Assembly (NCBI GenBank): GCA_963830915.1
Contig: CAWHOE010000075.1
Span: 1 to 13,922, forward strand
Direction: 5' to 3'
DNA length: 13,922 nt
Source: a candidate division FCPU426 bacterium
GTDB lineage: Bacteria; Oederibacteriota; Muellerivitia; Muellerivitales; Muellerivitaceae
Below the pieces are notes generated by a model. The model saw only the letters and a list, made by a program, of their open reading frames with translations, did not search any database and had not been told where the DNA came from. A program made the translations under genes and the position numbers. Positions 12,663 through 13,922 of the stretch are shown one piece after another; within the stretch, counting starts at the first letter, position 1; every line of letters starts with the position of its first letter.

Positions 12663-13922
12663 TTAATGGATCACTACCAGCTTGAGGATTTGCCGGCCCA
12701 GTTGGCGGCCGGCGTTATCCACCACTTCCGCTTCCGCCAGGTACATCCCGCTGGCGACCCCCGTCGCGTCCCAAGCCGTCGTGCCGCTCCCGGGCCGGCC
12801 CAGCAGGACCTTGACCAACTGGCCGGAAAGGTCATAGATGCGCACTTGGATGGTCACATCCCCTCGGCCAGGCGATAGGAAAACAGCGGTCTTTTCCGTT
12901 CCCGACAGTAGATTGGGTTCCACTTTCACCAGCCCGCCCGGGGTTCCCGTTTCCTGGACCGTGACGGTCTTGGTGATGGTCTGGCTTCCTCCGTTCCCCT
13001 CCACCAGATGGGCTTCCACAAAGTATTTTCCCGAGGTGACCACCGCCCCGTTATCGTTCCGTCCGTCCCAGATCAGGGTCGTCGGGCTTGAGTTGACCGT
13101 CATAATGACCAACTGCAGCTGATCGGTCACCACCGAGGTCGTCATGGGATTGAACACATCCATGCTTAACACAAGGTCCGTCATCTGACTGTTGGTCGGG
13201 TTTTCCACCAATCCGTACAAGTGTCGCACGATCTCCCCGGCCTCGTTATAGATATTCACCGTTATCTGGGCCAAGGACCGGCTCACCACCACCTGCTGGG
13301 TGACCGTGGTCACAACCCCCATATTGTCCTGGCTTAACACTTGGATGTGGTAAATCCCGTTGGAGACTGGGGTTCCGCTCTGGTCGTTCCCGTTCCAAGT
13401 CCCAAGAACGGAATCGCCAAAATATAAAGTGACCGATTCGTCGAGCCCCGTGATCACGCTCACCGGCAACTGCAGGCTCATCACCGCCTGGGTCATCCGG
13501 GTGACCTTGAGGGTGTCGATCAATTCCCCCGCCTCGTTATAGACCCCCACCGACACCGTGAAGGACCCCACCACCACCACACTCACCGCGGCCTTCACGG
13601 TAGGCAACCCTGGCGCTGACAGTTGGGCCTTGTTGGTCAACATCTCCCCGTTCGGCAGGTAATTATTGACGCTGACCTCATAGGTCAATTGGTAGGTCCC
13701 GGTCGGCAGGGGCGGAAGGTTCCAAGTCAAAGTGCGGGACGCGGTATTCGCGGACTCCGTAGTCCCAGCCGGGGATGAAACGAACTTTTGGAAGGTCGTG
13801 TCGGCCGGAAGAACATCCTGGGCCACGGCCCGGGTCAATAACGATCCGGTGACCTGGATGGTCAGGGTGTAAGTGAGAACGTCCCCTGAATTGGCCGAGC
13901 TCTGGGATACCTGTTTGACGAG
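12663..13922 (-). CDS. Large secreted protein, 5'-truncated: DUF11 repeat + tandem FlgD-Ig-like domains + T9SS-like C-terminal domain
   Basis: Frame is open to the window end (LVKQVSQSSANSGDVLTYTLTIQVTG...QDVLP...LTWNL...LTYEV.V...LTN.A, a DUF11 pattern). Two YNEAGE...W(N/D)G....G..V..G.Y units follow, then EPN...IYDLSGQLVK.L...WD...VASG.YL...KLVVIH. Confidence 0.88.
   Translation of the reverse strand, partial: LVKQVSQSSANSGDVLTYTLTIQVTGSLLTRAVAQDVLPADTTFQKFVSSPAGTTESANTASRTLTWNLPPLPTGTYQLTYEVSVNNYLPNGEMLTNKAQLSAPGLPTVKAAVSVVVVGSFTVSVGVYNEAGELIDTLKVTRMTQAVMSLQLPVSVITGLDESVTLYFGDSVLGTWNGNDQSGTPVSNGIYHIQVLSQDNMGVVTTVTQQVVVSRSLAQITVNIYNEAGEIVRHLYGLVENPTNSQMTDLVLSMDVFNPMTTSVVTDQLQLVIMTVNSSPTTLIWDGRNDNGAVVTSGKYFVEAHLVEGNGGSQTITKTVTVQETGTPGGLVKVEPNLLSGTEKTAVFLSPGRGDVTIQVRIYDLSGQLVKVLLGRPGSGTTAWDATGVASGMYLAEAEVVDNAGRQLGRQILKLVVIH

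Noticed and set aside
11691..13542. Antisense ORFs over prmC and the DUF11/FlgD gene
   Set aside because: These are shadow frames of strongly supported genes on the opposite strand.

Overview
Ordinary-looking accessory region of a GC-rich bacterium that probably has an outer membrane, dominated by envelope and secreted proteins. In order, it holds a 5'-truncated cupredoxin-type lipoprotein, a long terminator-like hairpin, an AT-richer trio of small hypothetical genes (the first is DMP19/DUF4375-like), a GAF-GGDEF diguanylate cyclase, an SRPBCC + DUF1801 pair and an NHL-repeat lipoprotein. A co-oriented minus-strand run follows: ECF sigma factor, 2-TM Trp-repeat protein, 4-TM protein, apparent double beta-barrel outer-membrane protein, and YncE-propeller/phosphoesterase. 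The window ends with a stand-alone prmC/hemK and the C-terminal part of a DUF11/FlgD-Ig protein with a T9SS-like C-terminal domain. I found no RNA genes, CRISPR arrays or mobile elements. The best candidates for something undescribed are the ECF sigma module with an atypical Trp-repeat membrane partner, the cupredoxin with a Cys-expanded copper loop, and the tandem-barrel protein. All family calls come from motif recognition by eye, not from database searches.
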